The notes: generated from the letters alone by a model not told the origin. 64,000 nt of DNA from an uncultured virus (IMG/VR IMGVR_UViG_3300015607_004939) (IMGVR_UViG_3300015607_004939); one strand, 5' to 3'; shown: positions 1-9,010, counted from the stretch's first letter. A program made the numbers and translations.

Positions 1-67
1 CCCACCCCGCCAGGGGGTGTCGGCGGGCGCCGCACGCCTCCTTCTCCAGGTACGCCCCGAAGAGGTG
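1..67. repeat. Dispersed intergenic repeat, copy 1 (truncated by window start)
   Basis: 63/67 identical to 8909-8975; contains hairpin CACCCC-GCCAG-GGGGTG and CCTCCTTCTCC. Confidence 0.9.
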
Positions 68-197
68 CCTCTCCGGGGCGGTCATGGCGGCGTAGGCCCC
101 GAGGGCCGTGACCCCCGTGGAGAGGAGGGCTTCGGCGGCGACGATCACGAGGAGCATGGGGAGCTTCATACGGTCTTATACCCGTTCCCCAGCCCCC

Positions 198-203
198 TAC
201 CCT
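198..203 (+). promoter_or_regulatory. -10 element TACCCT, leaderless
   Basis: 6 nt before ATG 210. Confidence 0.6.
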
Positions 204-209
204 TGGGGC

Positions 210-644
210 ATGTGGAAGCACCTCGAACCCTGGCTGCCCTTCCTGATCCCCCTCTTCCTGGCCTACGTGTTCTGGCCCTTCATCAGCGCCATCATCACGC
301 TCGCCTTCAGGAAGCGCTCTCCCGAGGAGTGGGAGACCTGGGCTCTGTCCAAGCCCGGCCTCGCCCTCGTGGTCGAGATGTGTAAGGCCAACGGCTGGAA
401 CATCGGCAAGAACCTCCAGATCCTCCAGCGCTACGCCCAACGGCGCGCGGGCCAGCTCCCGGACGACATCTGGGGGCGCCTGCCGGTGAGCCCCAACCTG
501 CGCAAGGCCCTGGCCGACCCGCAGATGCGCGCCGCGCTGGAGGCGTTCACGGCCGGCGGGGTGCGGGGCGAGCTGACGATGCTGGTCGCCGAGGTGTCCG
601 CCGCCCCCGCCAACCCGCCCGCGCCGCCCGCCCCGAGCCCCTGA
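210..644 (+). CDS. Small membrane protein (possibly holin-like)
   Basis: ATG 210 lies 6 nt after TACCCT; N-terminal hydrophobic helix WLPFLIPLFLAYVFWPFISAIITLAF followed by RKR. Confidence 0.55.
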   Translation: MWKHLEPWLPFLIPLFLAYVFWPFISAIITLAFRKRSPEEWETWALSKPGLALVVEMCKANGWNIGKNLQILQRYAQRRAGQLPDDIWGRLPVSPNLRKALADPQMRAALEAFTAGGVRGELTMLVAEVSAAPANPPAPPAPSP

Positions 645-653
645 CGCCCCCTC

Positions 654-1955
654 CTACTGCCGCTTCCCGCGCAGGTACTCGAACACCTCGCACGACAGGA
701 TCTGGATCGCCTCGACGTGGCTGTGCTGCCCGTCGCTCCCCACGTCGTGGGCGAGCTCGTGGATCAGCACCGTCAGCGCCTGGGCGAAGGTCTTGAGCGG
801 CTTGCGCCCGAGGTAGATCTTGCCCTCCAGGTGCAGCCCCAGGATCTTCTCGTCGCCGAACCGCGCGACGATCGTCCGGGCGGCGACGTCGTGGCCCGTC
901 GAGCGCAGCACGGCCAGGGCCTCGGTGAGGTTGTCCCGCTCGGCCGCTTCGAGCTGGTCGAGCGAGTACTGCTCGACCACCGACCGGGCGAACTGGCGCT
1001 TGATCTCGGCCACGCCCGGCATGCCGCGCCGCAGGGTGTCGACCAGGGCGTCCGGCAGGAGGACGCCCTTGTAGCCCAGGTGCTCGACGCTCTCGATCTC
1101 GGAGGTCGACTTCACCGGCAGGGAGTTCTCGCCGTAGACCTCCTTGAAGTGGGCGACGAGGCGCGGGACGACGCCCGGCCGGTTGTACCAGGAGAAGCCC
1201 GCGAGGTCGTGGGCGCCCGAGCGCAGGGCCTCGAAGAGCTCCTTGGTGAGGTCGTACGTGTTGAGGGCGGACTCCCAGATGCGCGTCACGTCGCACTGGG
1301 CGCTGTCGACGTTGTAGCTGCGGCGGTCGCGGCCGATGTCGAGGTGCTTGAAGTTGTAGCCGAAGGCGGCGTTGGGCTGGTTCGCGACGAAGACGCCCTT
1401 CACGTAGTACTTGCCCACCCGCTCGGGGTCGACGAGGATCGCGCCGTGGTCGGTCTCGTACTGCTTGAGCGGGGGCAGGAGCCGCATGAACATCCCCTGG
1501 GCCTGCTCCCAGAGCTCGTCCGAGACGTTCCCGACCTCGATCTCCACACCGTTGATGGGCGTGCGCGCCTTGCGCGTGTAGACCGTGAGGACCGGGATCC
1601 CCCGGTCGTCGGGCTCGATCGCGGCGGTCCAGTCCTCGTCGCAGTTGCGCACCGTGACGGGGGTCTTGGTGCGGGCGAAGACCAGCAGGGCGAGCTTCAG
1701 GCCCTCGCCGTACTGCCCGATGAGGCGGCCGTCGCCCTCCTTGGAGGTGCCGCCCAGGTAGAGCGCCTTCACGTCGAGCTTGGTGCGGTCGTTCCTGACG
1801 TACAGGATCTTCTTCCTGCCCTCGTGCCGGACGTTGAGCGGGGCCTGCCGCTCGACCTCGGCGTCGATGCCGTTCGACAGCACCTCGCGCAGGGCGTCGA
1901 CCAGCGTCCAGTCGCGGACGTAATCCTCGGTCACCATGTATTGCATCTTGGCCAT
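654..1955 (-). CDS. GHKL (HATPase_c) ATPase fused to a C-terminal HExxH zinc-metallopeptidase-like domain
   Basis: REVLSNGIDA N-box, GGTSK, GQYGEGLK, C-terminal LIHELAH; RBS GAGGAAGG before ATG 1955. Confidence 0.75.
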   Translation of the reverse strand: MAKMQYMVTEDYVRDWTLVDALREVLSNGIDAEVERQAPLNVRHEGRKKILYVRNDRTKLDVKALYLGGTSKEGDGRLIGQYGEGLKLALLVFARTKTPVTVRNCDEDWTAAIEPDDRGIPVLTVYTRKARTPINGVEIEVGNVSDELWEQAQGMFMRLLPPLKQYETDHGAILVDPERVGKYYVKGVFVANQPNAAFGYNFKHLDIGRDRRSYNVDSAQCDVTRIWESALNTYDLTKELFEALRSGAHDLAGFSWYNRPGVVPRLVAHFKEVYGENSLPVKSTSEIESVEHLGYKGVLLPDALVDTLRRGMPGVAEIKRQFARSVVEQYSLDQLEAAERDNLTEALAVLRSTGHDVAARTIVARFGDEKILGLHLEGKIYLGRKPLKTFAQALTVLIHELAHDVGSDGQHSHVEAIQILSCEVFEYLRGKRQ

Positions 1956-2017
1956 GACGTGTCCTTCCTCCCGTACGCCGTACGGGGGTTTCTTGGGGAG
2001 TTGAACCTTCGGGAGAG

Positions 2018-2494
2018 TTAGAGGGCGGGGATGGGGCGGCGGGAGTTTCGGTCGAGCACGACCGCGAAGGCGGCCGTCGCCTGCCCGTAGGAGAGCGGGG
2101 TCGATCGGGCGTGGTTCGGGATGCGGGAGCTCACGCAGCGCCCGCTGAAGAAGTAGGCCGCGACGCGGTTCCAGTTGCCCCGACAGCGTCCGATACCGTC
2201 GCGGACGATGACGGCCGCCGTCTCGGCTTGGTCGTGCAGGAGGTTCCCGTTGCAGCGCGCGACGTCCCGCGCGCAGACGGCTCGCATGACGGGAAGCCAG
2301 ACGCCGCACGTGCGACCCCTCGCGCGAGGGTCCAGTCCCATGCGCGATTCGCGGGTGCAGATGGAGCCGAGCAAGGCGGGGGGGACGTGATGGCGTTCGG
2401 CCGCCATGACGATCTGTTCAACCGTCGCGATCGGAACCGCGCGGAACAGGCGCGACACGATCCACAACGCGTGGAGCAGTTGGAGTGGGGTCAT
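2018..2494 (-). CDS. Lytic transglycosylase (SLT-like) protein
   Basis: AAERHHVPPALLGSICTRES (catalytic Glu motif), GNWNRVAAYF; hydrophobic N-terminus. Confidence 0.65.
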   Translation of the reverse strand: MTPLQLLHALWIVSRLFRAVPIATVEQIVMAAERHHVPPALLGSICTRESRMGLDPRARGRTCGVWLPVMRAVCARDVARCNGNLLHDQAETAAVIVRDGIGRCRGNWNRVAAYFFSGRCVSSRIPNHARSTPLSYGQATAAFAVVLDRNSRRPIPAL

Positions 2495-2816
2495 CGGTGT
2501 CCTCGTAGGGGGCGTTGGCCTCCTCCACGACGTACCCGTCCTCGACCCTCGCGGGCTGTCGGTCGTGTCCGCCGGGGAAGAAGGCGTGGAAGGCCAGAAG
2601 GAACGTCCCTTCCAGCAGGGGCCTCAGGTCCTCGCGGCAGCGAAGCCTGAGCACGAGAGCGCCGTCGCGCGGGAACGCCACGGCCTCCAGGGTCGATTGC
2701 AGGGGCGTGTAGGGCGTCATCGGGTGGAAGGTCTCCCCTTCCGCTTCCGCAAGACGCATCGCCTCCCGCATGGCCCCCGCCCGGAAGCGGAGGAAGAGGT
2801 ACTCGGAGTGGATCAT
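2418..2816 (-). CDS. Hypothetical protein
   Basis: ORF within a tightly packed minus-strand operon; 3' end overlaps the next gene. Confidence 0.45.
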   Translation of the reverse strand: MIHSEYLFLRFRAGAMREAMRLAEAEGETFHPMTPYTPLQSTLEAVAFPRDGALVLRLRCREDLRPLLEGTFLLAFHAFFPGGHDRQPARVEDGYVVEEANAPYEDTDDPTPTAPRVVDRVAPVPRGSDRDG

Positions 2817-2829
2817 CGGCCCCGGGCGG

Positions 2830-3213
2830 TTACCCGCCGACGCCGCTCTTGTAGTAGGCGAACGCCTCGCGCCGCGCGAGCTCCACCTGGACGGGGGAGA
2901 TCGGTACGTCGTCGGCGTTGTTCACGTTCAACCAGAAGAGCTCGGCGGCGAAGAAGCGCTCCTGTGGGTTCAGCCGGTACTCGTCCGAGCACATGACGAA
3001 GAACGCCATCATGCGCTTGACCACCTCGCCCGAGCGCTCGACGCCGCTCCCCTTGACCTCCGCACCGAAGCCGAAGGGGTCCTTGGGATCGCGCTCGTCG
3101 TCGCGCTCGTCCGCCTGGAGCTGGCCCGTCGCCTCCAGCTCCTTGTACTTCTGGATCAGGGAGTCGAGCTTGGCGTCCTGACCCTTGACGTACTCGAACT
3201 TCTCGACGCTCAC
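2830..3213 (-). CDS. Hypothetical protein
   Basis: GTG 3213 overlaps the upstream stop (GTGA coupling); genome-typical codon usage. Confidence 0.65.
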   Translation of the reverse strand: MSVEKFEYVKGQDAKLDSLIQKYKELEATGQLQADERDDERDPKDPFGFGAEVKGSGVERSGEVVKRMMAFFVMCSDEYRLNPQERFFAAELFWLNVNNADDVPISPVQVELARREAFAYYKSGVGG

Positions 3214-3443
3214 GCGCGCACCGCCTTGACGCACTCGCGCACGAGCGACTCCTCGGCAACGATGTACGGCTTGGAGATCGCCGCCGTGGTCGTCGGCGCC
3301 CCCTCGGGCACGGCCATGCCCGTCGTGGGGTAGACCGACTGCGCCTTGCACCAGCCGAAGCGGGCGTCTCTGGGGCCTGTCGAGCTACCTGTCTTCTCGC
3401 GACCAAAGTGCTTGCAGCCGCCGCAGGGGATCGAGTTGTTCAT
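3210..3443 (-). CDS. Small Cys-rich protein (CxxCxxF...GWC)
   Basis: MNNSIPCGGCKHF...GWC...C; ATGA coupling to upstream gene. Confidence 0.6.
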   Translation of the reverse strand: MNNSIPCGGCKHFGREKTGSSTGPRDARFGWCKAQSVYPTTGMAVPEGAPTTTAAISKPYIVAEESLVRECVKAVRA

Positions 3444-3898
3444 CCGAGCTCTCGCATGAGGGTGACGTAGTGCCTGCCCAGGACCTCCCGGGCGGCGGGA
3501 GTCTGCACGAACAGGCGCGAGAGCGCCAGTGCGAGCCGGTCCACGAGCATCGCACTCGCCGCCACCACGTCGCCGCTGGACGCGGCCCCGACGAGCGTGT
3601 GGTCGCCCATCGCGAACTCCACGCAAGGGCCCAAGGGCCGCTCCGGCGCGAGGGATAGCTTCTGCCTCGCGAGCTCCTGCACGAGCTGCGGGTGCGCCTC
3701 GACGAGCGCCCCCACGGCCTCCCCGAGGAGCTTCACGGCCACCCCCTTGGCCCTCTCCTCGGGGAGCTGGATCGGCAGGCGCACGAGGAAGGTGTACTCG
3801 CGGCCCTTCACGCGCACGGGCGTCACGCCGGGTTTGGCGCGCTCCTCCTCGGGGGGCTGCTCGCGCGGGGCCCAGGGGCTGACGATCCCCTTCTTCAC
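3440..3898 (-). CDS. Hypothetical protein
   Basis: GTG 3898 coupled to upstream stop at 3895. Confidence 0.55.
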   Translation of the reverse strand: MKKGIVSPWAPREQPPEEERAKPGVTPVRVKGREYTFLVRLPIQLPEERAKGVAVKLLGEAVGALVEAHPQLVQELARQKLSLAPERPLGPCVEFAMGDHTLVGAASSGDVVAASAMLVDRLALALSRLFVQTPAAREVLGRHYVTLMRELG

Positions 3899-4335
3899 GT
3901 GAGCCCCGTCAAGATGAGCGGCCCCTCGCCCCGGGTGAGGTCCCGGTCCTCGCACTTCCGGTGCCCGTACTCGGTCTCCACCGAGCACTGAACGGCCGGC
4001 GCGCCGTTCGAGGGGTCCTTGCCCACGCCCTCCACCTGGAACACGGTGAGGATGCGGTCGTTCCTGCGGAAGAGCTCCCCGCAGAAGACGCACTGATGGC
4101 TCGGGCACTTGCCGGGGATGGGCATGACGATGGCCTCGGGCTTCAACCTGCTACGCGGCACCGCCGCGTGCGTGAAGGGCAGACGTGGGTTCGAGCAGCG
4201 GGCGTGGGCGGCCTCGGCGTCCTGGTCGACGTACGGCGTACCGTGCCGCACGTCGACCACGACCCAAAGCTGAACGATCTTGTCATTGGCCCCGATGGGG
4301 CCGCGACAATCCGCGCACGTGTCGAGAGGGATCAC
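3895..4335 (-). CDS. Protein with two tandem CxxC...HxxC zinc fingers
   Basis: CADC...HARC and CVFC...HRKC with similar spacer (NDKI/NDRI). Confidence 0.65.
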   Translation of the reverse strand: MIPLDTCADCRGPIGANDKIVQLWVVVDVRHGTPYVDQDAEAAHARCSNPRLPFTHAAVPRSRLKPEAIVMPIPGKCPSHQCVFCGELFRRNDRILTVFQVEGVGKDPSNGAPAVQCSVETEYGHRKCEDRDLTRGEGPLILTGLT

Positions 4336-4372
4336 AGAGAGCGAAGCTACCCGGCTCTCCCGTGTCCGTCCA

Positions 4373-7363
4373 TCAGGTGGGGTTCTTCAGGGCCTCGTCG
4401 GCCCAGAAGCGCAGCACCTTCAGGATCCCCACCTTGTCCTCGGTCTGCGGGTGCGGGATGAGCCCACGGATCTTGGGCGAGTACGCCTTCTCGCGACCCT
4501 TGGCCCGACGGTCGAGCACCGCCACGATGCCCTTGTCGGTTTCGGTGCGGATCACGCGGCCCGCGCCCTGCTTGAAGTGCATGGCCGCCTCCTGGAAGTC
4601 GAAGGCGTCCCAGGCGCGGACCTCGGCGCTCCGCTGGTCGGCGTCCGTGTTCTCCATCAGGTCCTCGACGTACTTGCGCTTGCGCGCCGTGAGGATCACG
4701 TCGCCCCGGTTGGGGAACGGGATGCGCGGGATGATGACGAGGCGCAGGTTGTTGCCCGGAATGTCGACGCCCTCCCAGTAACTCTGGAGCCCCATGAGCA
4801 CGCTCTTCTGGGACTCCCGGAACCACTTCACGGTGGACTCGACGCTGCCCGTCGACTGCATGCCGAGCCGGTAGGGGAGCGGCGCGAACTTGCGGTAGAT
4901 CCGGTTGTGCAGGGCCTCCATGTCGTCGCGCGAGGCGCACAGGACGAACGCACCCCCCTGCGACGCGGTGAGCAGCTCGTGGATCTCCTCGATCATGCGG
5001 TCGTAGTAGCCGTCGCCGCGCGTGGACGGGTCGGGCGAGGTCGAGGAGATGTAGAGCGCGCTCTGCTTGGGGTAGTTGAAGGGCGAGGGCAGGACCTTCT
5101 TGATGCGGATCTGGCGCTCGGACAGACCGAACTCGTAGGCCATGTAGCTCATGCCGTTGGGGGTGGAGAGCGTGGCGCTCGTGACGACCACCTTGCCGAT
5201 GCCGAGCAGCGCCGGGGCGATGAGGGGCCCGATCTCCAGGGGCGTGACGGTGAGGGACTTGTCGTTCCCGTCCCGCTTCTCGGAGTACTGGATCCACTCG
5301 CTCGCGTCGATGCCGACCTCCAGGACGACCTCGCAGAGCTGGCGCACCTTGCCCAGCATCGCGCCCGCCGACTGGAGCTTGGCGCGCTCGCTCGCGGCGA
5401 ACGAGCCCGCCCCGCCCTGCGGGCCGTCGTCTTCCGAGTCGAGCAGCCCCCTCGATTGCATCGCCTCGTGGACGCGCTTGCTCATCATGTAGAGCTCGGC
5501 GAAGTACTTGCGCATGTCGTCGTCCAGGCGCAGCTCGCCCCCTCGCGGCGGCAGCGCCGTGAAGATCATGTCGTACAGGCGCCCGAACTGCTCGCCCATC
5601 TCGAAGTCCGTGTCCTTCAAGATGCGGTTGATGTACTCGGGCTGCCTCGGCGAGAGGTTCAGCGAGAACGCGTCGCGGAAGAACTTCGGCGCCTTGTGGC
5701 CCTCGTCGAGGATCACGGCCTCGTAGGGCCCGAAGAGCTTGCCGCCGCCGAGGGCCAGATCGTGCGCGAGCAGCGCGTGGTTCACGATCAGGATCTGCGC
5801 CCCCTGCGCGCGGAGCTTGGCGTCGACGTAGGCGCACTCGCCCGCGTGCGGGCAGTGCTTCTTCACGCACTCGGCGACGCGGGCGTTGTGGACCCACGGG
5901 ATCGACCATCCGCCCAGGTCGCCGCCGCCGTCGAGCATCCACGCCTCGAAGTCGGCCCTCTCGTGCGGGGGGATCGAGGCGTACGCCGTACTGGACTGGT
6001 ACTCCTTCCAGCGCAGGGCGCACGAGTAGTTGCTCTTGCCCTTGAGCAGCGAGTGGCGCACGGGGCGCACGAGCGAGGCGAGGCGGGGCAGGTCGTTGGT
6101 CGCGAGCTGCTCCTGGAGCCCCTTGGTGGCCGTGGAGATCACGACCCGCTTGTTGCTCATCACGGCCGGGAGGCCGTAGGCGTAGGAGTTGTGCGTCACG
6201 GTGAAGTCGTCCAGCAGGTACCGCCCGTCTCCGTCGAGGGTGAATCCGTAGAAGTCTTCCGGCGCGGGCACCGGCACCACGGCGAATCCCGTCCGAAGGA
6301 CGCTCTTCTTCTGGAGTCGGCAGGCGGCCTGCTTTCGCGGGATGCGGCACGGGACGCGGTCCACGTCGCCCGAGATTGATACGCGGTAGTAGGTGCCTTC
6401 CGCGCCGGTCTGGCAGCTCTTCTTGCACGGCCTCACGTACGCGGCGAGGCCCACGCTGCGGGCGACGAAGGCGACGTCGTGCGCTAGGCGCGCGGACGCG
6501 GAGAGGTAGTCGAAGGTGCCCGAGTGGGTGAGCGATCCGTCCGTGTCGAGGAGGCCCGCGAGGAGGTGCATCCGCTCGTCCATGTCGGCCCGCTTGTAGC
6601 TCTCGGGAATGAACTTCGAGTGGGAGTTCACCCCCAAGAGGCCCAGGTCCGAGAGATCCGACGTCAGTCCGTTCTTACGCCACGGCGCACCGGACAGGCG
6701 GAACGTCATGCAGCCGTTCTTGATGTGTCGCAGGACCAACCGCATGCGGCGCAGACGCAAGTAGACGTGGAGTGCGTTCACCGTTTCCTGGTCGGCGCTG
6801 GTGAAGAGGACACCGCGCGCGGCGTCCCCGGACATGCAGCCGTCCCCGAGCAGTAGCCCCAGAACGTAGGGGTCGATCGGGAGCGCCCGCGCCTGTCGTG
6901 CGAAGTGAGCCGGGGCACGGAAGATCTTCGCGCGAGCCCGATCCTTCGCAGACCACCCGAGGTAGTCACGCACCGACACGTCGATCTCCTCATCCGTGTC
7001 GGTCATGACGACGGTGAGGACGTGGTCCTCGTTCACCCGCCACGAGGATCCCTTGACGGGGACGATGTCCACCATCGGGCCGTGGCCCGTGTTCGTGGAG
7101 ATCACGCGCCGGGGAGTCCCGTCGGGGCCCATCAGGAGCATGTTCACCACCACGGCCTCGACGGCGCACACCTCGCCGGAGTAGAGGAGGATGCCTTGGC
7201 CGCGCGCGTGGCACTTGCCCGTGCCGGTTCCCGCTTCGAGGAACCCGATGCCGCCGTTCTCCAAGATGTCGGCGATGTCTTCCGCCATCTCGGTCTGTGA
7301 GGGCCTGACCGAACGGATCAGGCCGAGTTGAGGGTTGGTGAGCCAGTCACGAAGAGTTGTCAC
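4373..7363 (-). CDS. dinG: DinG/YoaA-family SF2 helicase containing an intein
   Basis: RPSQ Q-motif, EAGTGTGK/S Walker A, Fe-S cysteines, ILDEGH, TSATL, SPF, YWEGVDIPG, KQGAGRVIR; RBS GGAGG before GTG 7363. Confidence 0.92.
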   Translation of the reverse strand: MTTLRDWLTNPQLGLIRSVRPSQTEMAEDIADILENGGIGFLEAGTGTGKCHARGQGILLYSGEVCAVEAVVVNMLLMGPDGTPRRVISTNTGHGPMVDIVPVKGSSWRVNEDHVLTVVMTDTDEEIDVSVRDYLGWSAKDRARAKIFRAPAHFARQARALPIDPYVLGLLLGDGCMSGDAARGVLFTSADQETVNALHVYLRLRRMRLVLRHIKNGCMTFRLSGAPWRKNGLTSDLSDLGLLGVNSHSKFIPESYKRADMDERMHLLAGLLDTDGSLTHSGTFDYLSASARLAHDVAFVARSVGLAAYVRPCKKSCQTGAEGTYYRVSISGDVDRVPCRIPRKQAACRLQKKSVLRTGFAVVPVPAPEDFYGFTLDGDGRYLLDDFTVTHNSYAYGLPAVMSNKRVVISTATKGLQEQLATNDLPRLASLVRPVRHSLLKGKSNYSCALRWKEYQSSTAYASIPPHERADFEAWMLDGGGDLGGWSIPWVHNARVAECVKKHCPHAGECAYVDAKLRAQGAQILIVNHALLAHDLALGGGKLFGPYEAVILDEGHKAPKFFRDAFSLNLSPRQPEYINRILKDTDFEMGEQFGRLYDMIFTALPPRGGELRLDDDMRKYFAELYMMSKRVHEAMQSRGLLDSEDDGPQGGAGSFAASERAKLQSAGAMLGKVRQLCEVVLEVGIDASEWIQYSEKRDGNDKSLTVTPLEIGPLIAPALLGIGKVVVTSATLSTPNGMSYMAYEFGLSERQIRIKKVLPSPFNYPKQSALYISSTSPDPSTRGDGYYDRMIEEIHELLTASQGGAFVLCASRDDMEALHNRIYRKFAPLPYRLGMQSTGSVESTVKWFRESQKSVLMGLQSYWEGVDIPGNNLRLVIIPRIPFPNRGDVILTARKRKYVEDLMENTDADQRSAEVRAWDAFDFQEAAMHFKQGAGRVIRTETDKGIVAVLDRRAKGREKAYSPKIRGLIPHPQTEDKVGILKVLRFWADEALKNPT
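6188..7213 (-). mobile_element. Intein with LAGLIDADG homing endonuclease in the DinG Walker A motif (342 aa)
   Basis: GTGK|CHARG...VTHN|S; motifs LGLLLGDG and LAGLLDTDG. Confidence 0.93.
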
Positions 7364-7417
7364 GGGAGACCTCCGGGGATAAAACCAAGCCCTCATACCA
7401 CGAGGGAAGGCGATTCC

Positions 7418-8020
7418 ATGACCGACAGCATCAAGACCCCGGGCGGCTACAAGAGCGACGAGGAGCTCCTCGCGATGATGGAGGAGGGCAAGAAGCCCGA
7501 GCCGACTCCGGGGCCCGCCCCGGCGCCGTCACCGGCCCAGCCCGGCGAGGCCCAGGCCGGCCCCGAGAAGCCGCTCACCTGGGAGGAGCGGATCAAGCTC
7601 GCGGGCCTCAACGAGGATCAGGCGTTCAAGATCCTCGACTCCATCCTCGCCAACGGCTATTACGAGCACTCCTTCTCGCTCTACGGCGGGCGCATGACCG
7701 TGAAGCTGCGCAGCCGCGACGGCGCCCACCGGCAGCGCGTGGCCGACGCCCTGGACCAGCTCCGCACCAACGACCCGCGCGTGCACGGGCAGACCATGAG
7801 CCGCCTCTTCTTGGCCGGCTCGCTCGTCTCCTACGGCCCAAAGACCATGCCCATGGCCGAAGGCGGGGACTCGCTCGCAGTGTCCAAGGCGTTCGAGGAG
7901 CGACTGAAGTTCATCGACTCACTACCCGACCCGATGATCGACACGCTCTATGGCCTGAGCGCGCAGTTCGACGGCTGGGTCTTCGCCGCGCTCTCCAACG
8001 GAGCCCCCTCCGGTTTTTGA
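7418..8020 (+). CDS. Putative tail assembly chaperone (G-like)
   Basis: Lies upstream of the tape measure gene; ends GGT TTT TGA with an open -1 frame beyond. Confidence 0.6.
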   Translation: MTDSIKTPGGYKSDEELLAMMEEGKKPEPTPGPAPAPSPAQPGEAQAGPEKPLTWEERIKLAGLNEDQAFKILDSILANGYYEHSFSLYGGRMTVKLRSRDGAHRQRVADALDQLRTNDPRVHGQTMSRLFLAGSLVSYGPKTMPMAEGGDSLAVSKAFEERLKFIDSLPDPMIDTLYGLSAQFDGWVFAALSNGAPSGF

Positions 8021-8433
8021 GTCGCCCGTCGGGTGGCGTGAGGGCGCGGGCGCTCGCGGCGGGCGTCCCACTCCCCCCGTCGGGCTCGTTCCGCGACGCC
8101 GTGATGCAGGAGGTGCTCTTCCGGGAGCGGAACCTCCGGCACGCCGAGATCTCCACGGTGGTCGAGCTCCTCTCGGGGATCGGCCACTACGTGATCGACC
8201 TTTTGCCCGTGACGGACGGGGCGGTGCTCCAGCGTCGCCACGACAAGTGGATGGCGCTCGTCGTGGACAAGCTCAAGGACTTCGAGTCCGAGCTCTACCA
8301 GGAGCGCTACCTGGAGAAGAACATCCGCGCCGAGGCCGAGCGCGAGCGGAAGAAGCGGCTGCACGACCTCGACATGAAGGGCCGCGACGAGCGGGCGATG
8401 CGCAAAGTGGCTCTGTTTTCCAAGGACGGTTGA
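8011..8433 (+). CDS. -1 frameshift extension of the tail assembly chaperone (GT-like)
   Basis: -1 frame reads FLSRPSGGVRARALAAGVPLPP...FSKDG with protein-like composition and no clear RBS of its own. Confidence 0.6.
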   Translation, partial: RFLSRPSGGVRARALAAGVPLPPSGSFRDAVMQEVLFRERNLRHAEISTVVELLSGIGHYVIDLLPVTDGAVLQRRHDKWMALVVDKLKDFESELYQERYLEKNIRAEAERERKKRLHDLDMKGRDERAMRKVALFSKDG

Positions 8434-8456
8434 GGGCCACACGAAGAGAGGCCGAT

Positions 8457-8494
8457 GCCCCGGACCTCCCTCTCGGGAGATCCGGGGCTCTGTT
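8457..8494 (+). terminator. Putative intrinsic terminator after the chaperone gene
   Basis: GCCCCGGA-C-CTCCC-TCTC-GGGAG-A-TCCGGGGC hairpin followed by TCTGTT. Confidence 0.45.
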
Positions 8495-8501
8495 CCGTTA
8501 C

Positions 8502-8736
8502 NNNNNNNNNNNNNNNNNNNNNNNNNNNNNNNNNNNNNNNNNNNNNNNNNNNNNNNNNNNNNNNNNNNNNNNNNNNNNNNNNNNNNNNNNNNNNNNNNNN
8601 NNNNNNNNNNNNNNNNNNNNNNNNNNNNNNNNNNNNNNNNNNNNNNNNNNNNNNNNNNNNNNNNNNNNNNNNNNNNNNNNNNNNNNNNNNNNNNNNNNNN
8701 NNNNNNNNNNNNNNNNNNNNNNNNNNNNNNNNNNNN
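8502..8736. other. Assembly gap (235 N)
   Basis: Run of N. Confidence 1.
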
Positions 8737-8816
8737 GAGGGCCGGTCTGCCCTACACATCCTTTTACCCGACCGGACCCCCTGTTTTGGACCCCCTCCCG
8801 GTACGCCGTACGGGGG

Positions 8817-8841
8817 AAAGAAAAGGCCCCCGCAGGGCCTT
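8817..8841 (-). terminator. Intrinsic terminator, minus strand
   Basis: Minus strand reads AAGGCCC-TGCGG-GGGCCTT-TTCTTT. Confidence 0.55.
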
Positions 8842-8908
8842 CCGCGCCCCCTTCCGGCGCGGTGGGTGGTGGGTAGGGACTACCGCTTGGGGCAGGAGGC
8901 CCCCGGGG

Positions 8909-8975
8909 CCCACCCCGCCAGGGGGTGGCGCCGGGCGCCGCACGCCTCCTTCTCCATGTACGCCCCGAAGAGATG
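8909..8975. repeat. Dispersed intergenic repeat, copy 2
   Basis: 63/67 identical to 1-67. Confidence 0.9.
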
Positions 8976-9010
8976 TATCGTCCTCCACATCCTTTCACCC
9001 GTTTCGGTAG

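Noticed and set aside
8840..8975. SRP RNA, 6S RNA or tRNA identity for the structured repeat
   Set aside because: The CCGGAAGG on the minus strand lacks the SRP domain IV flanks; no cloverleaf; a 6S-like shape cannot be supported without a covariance search
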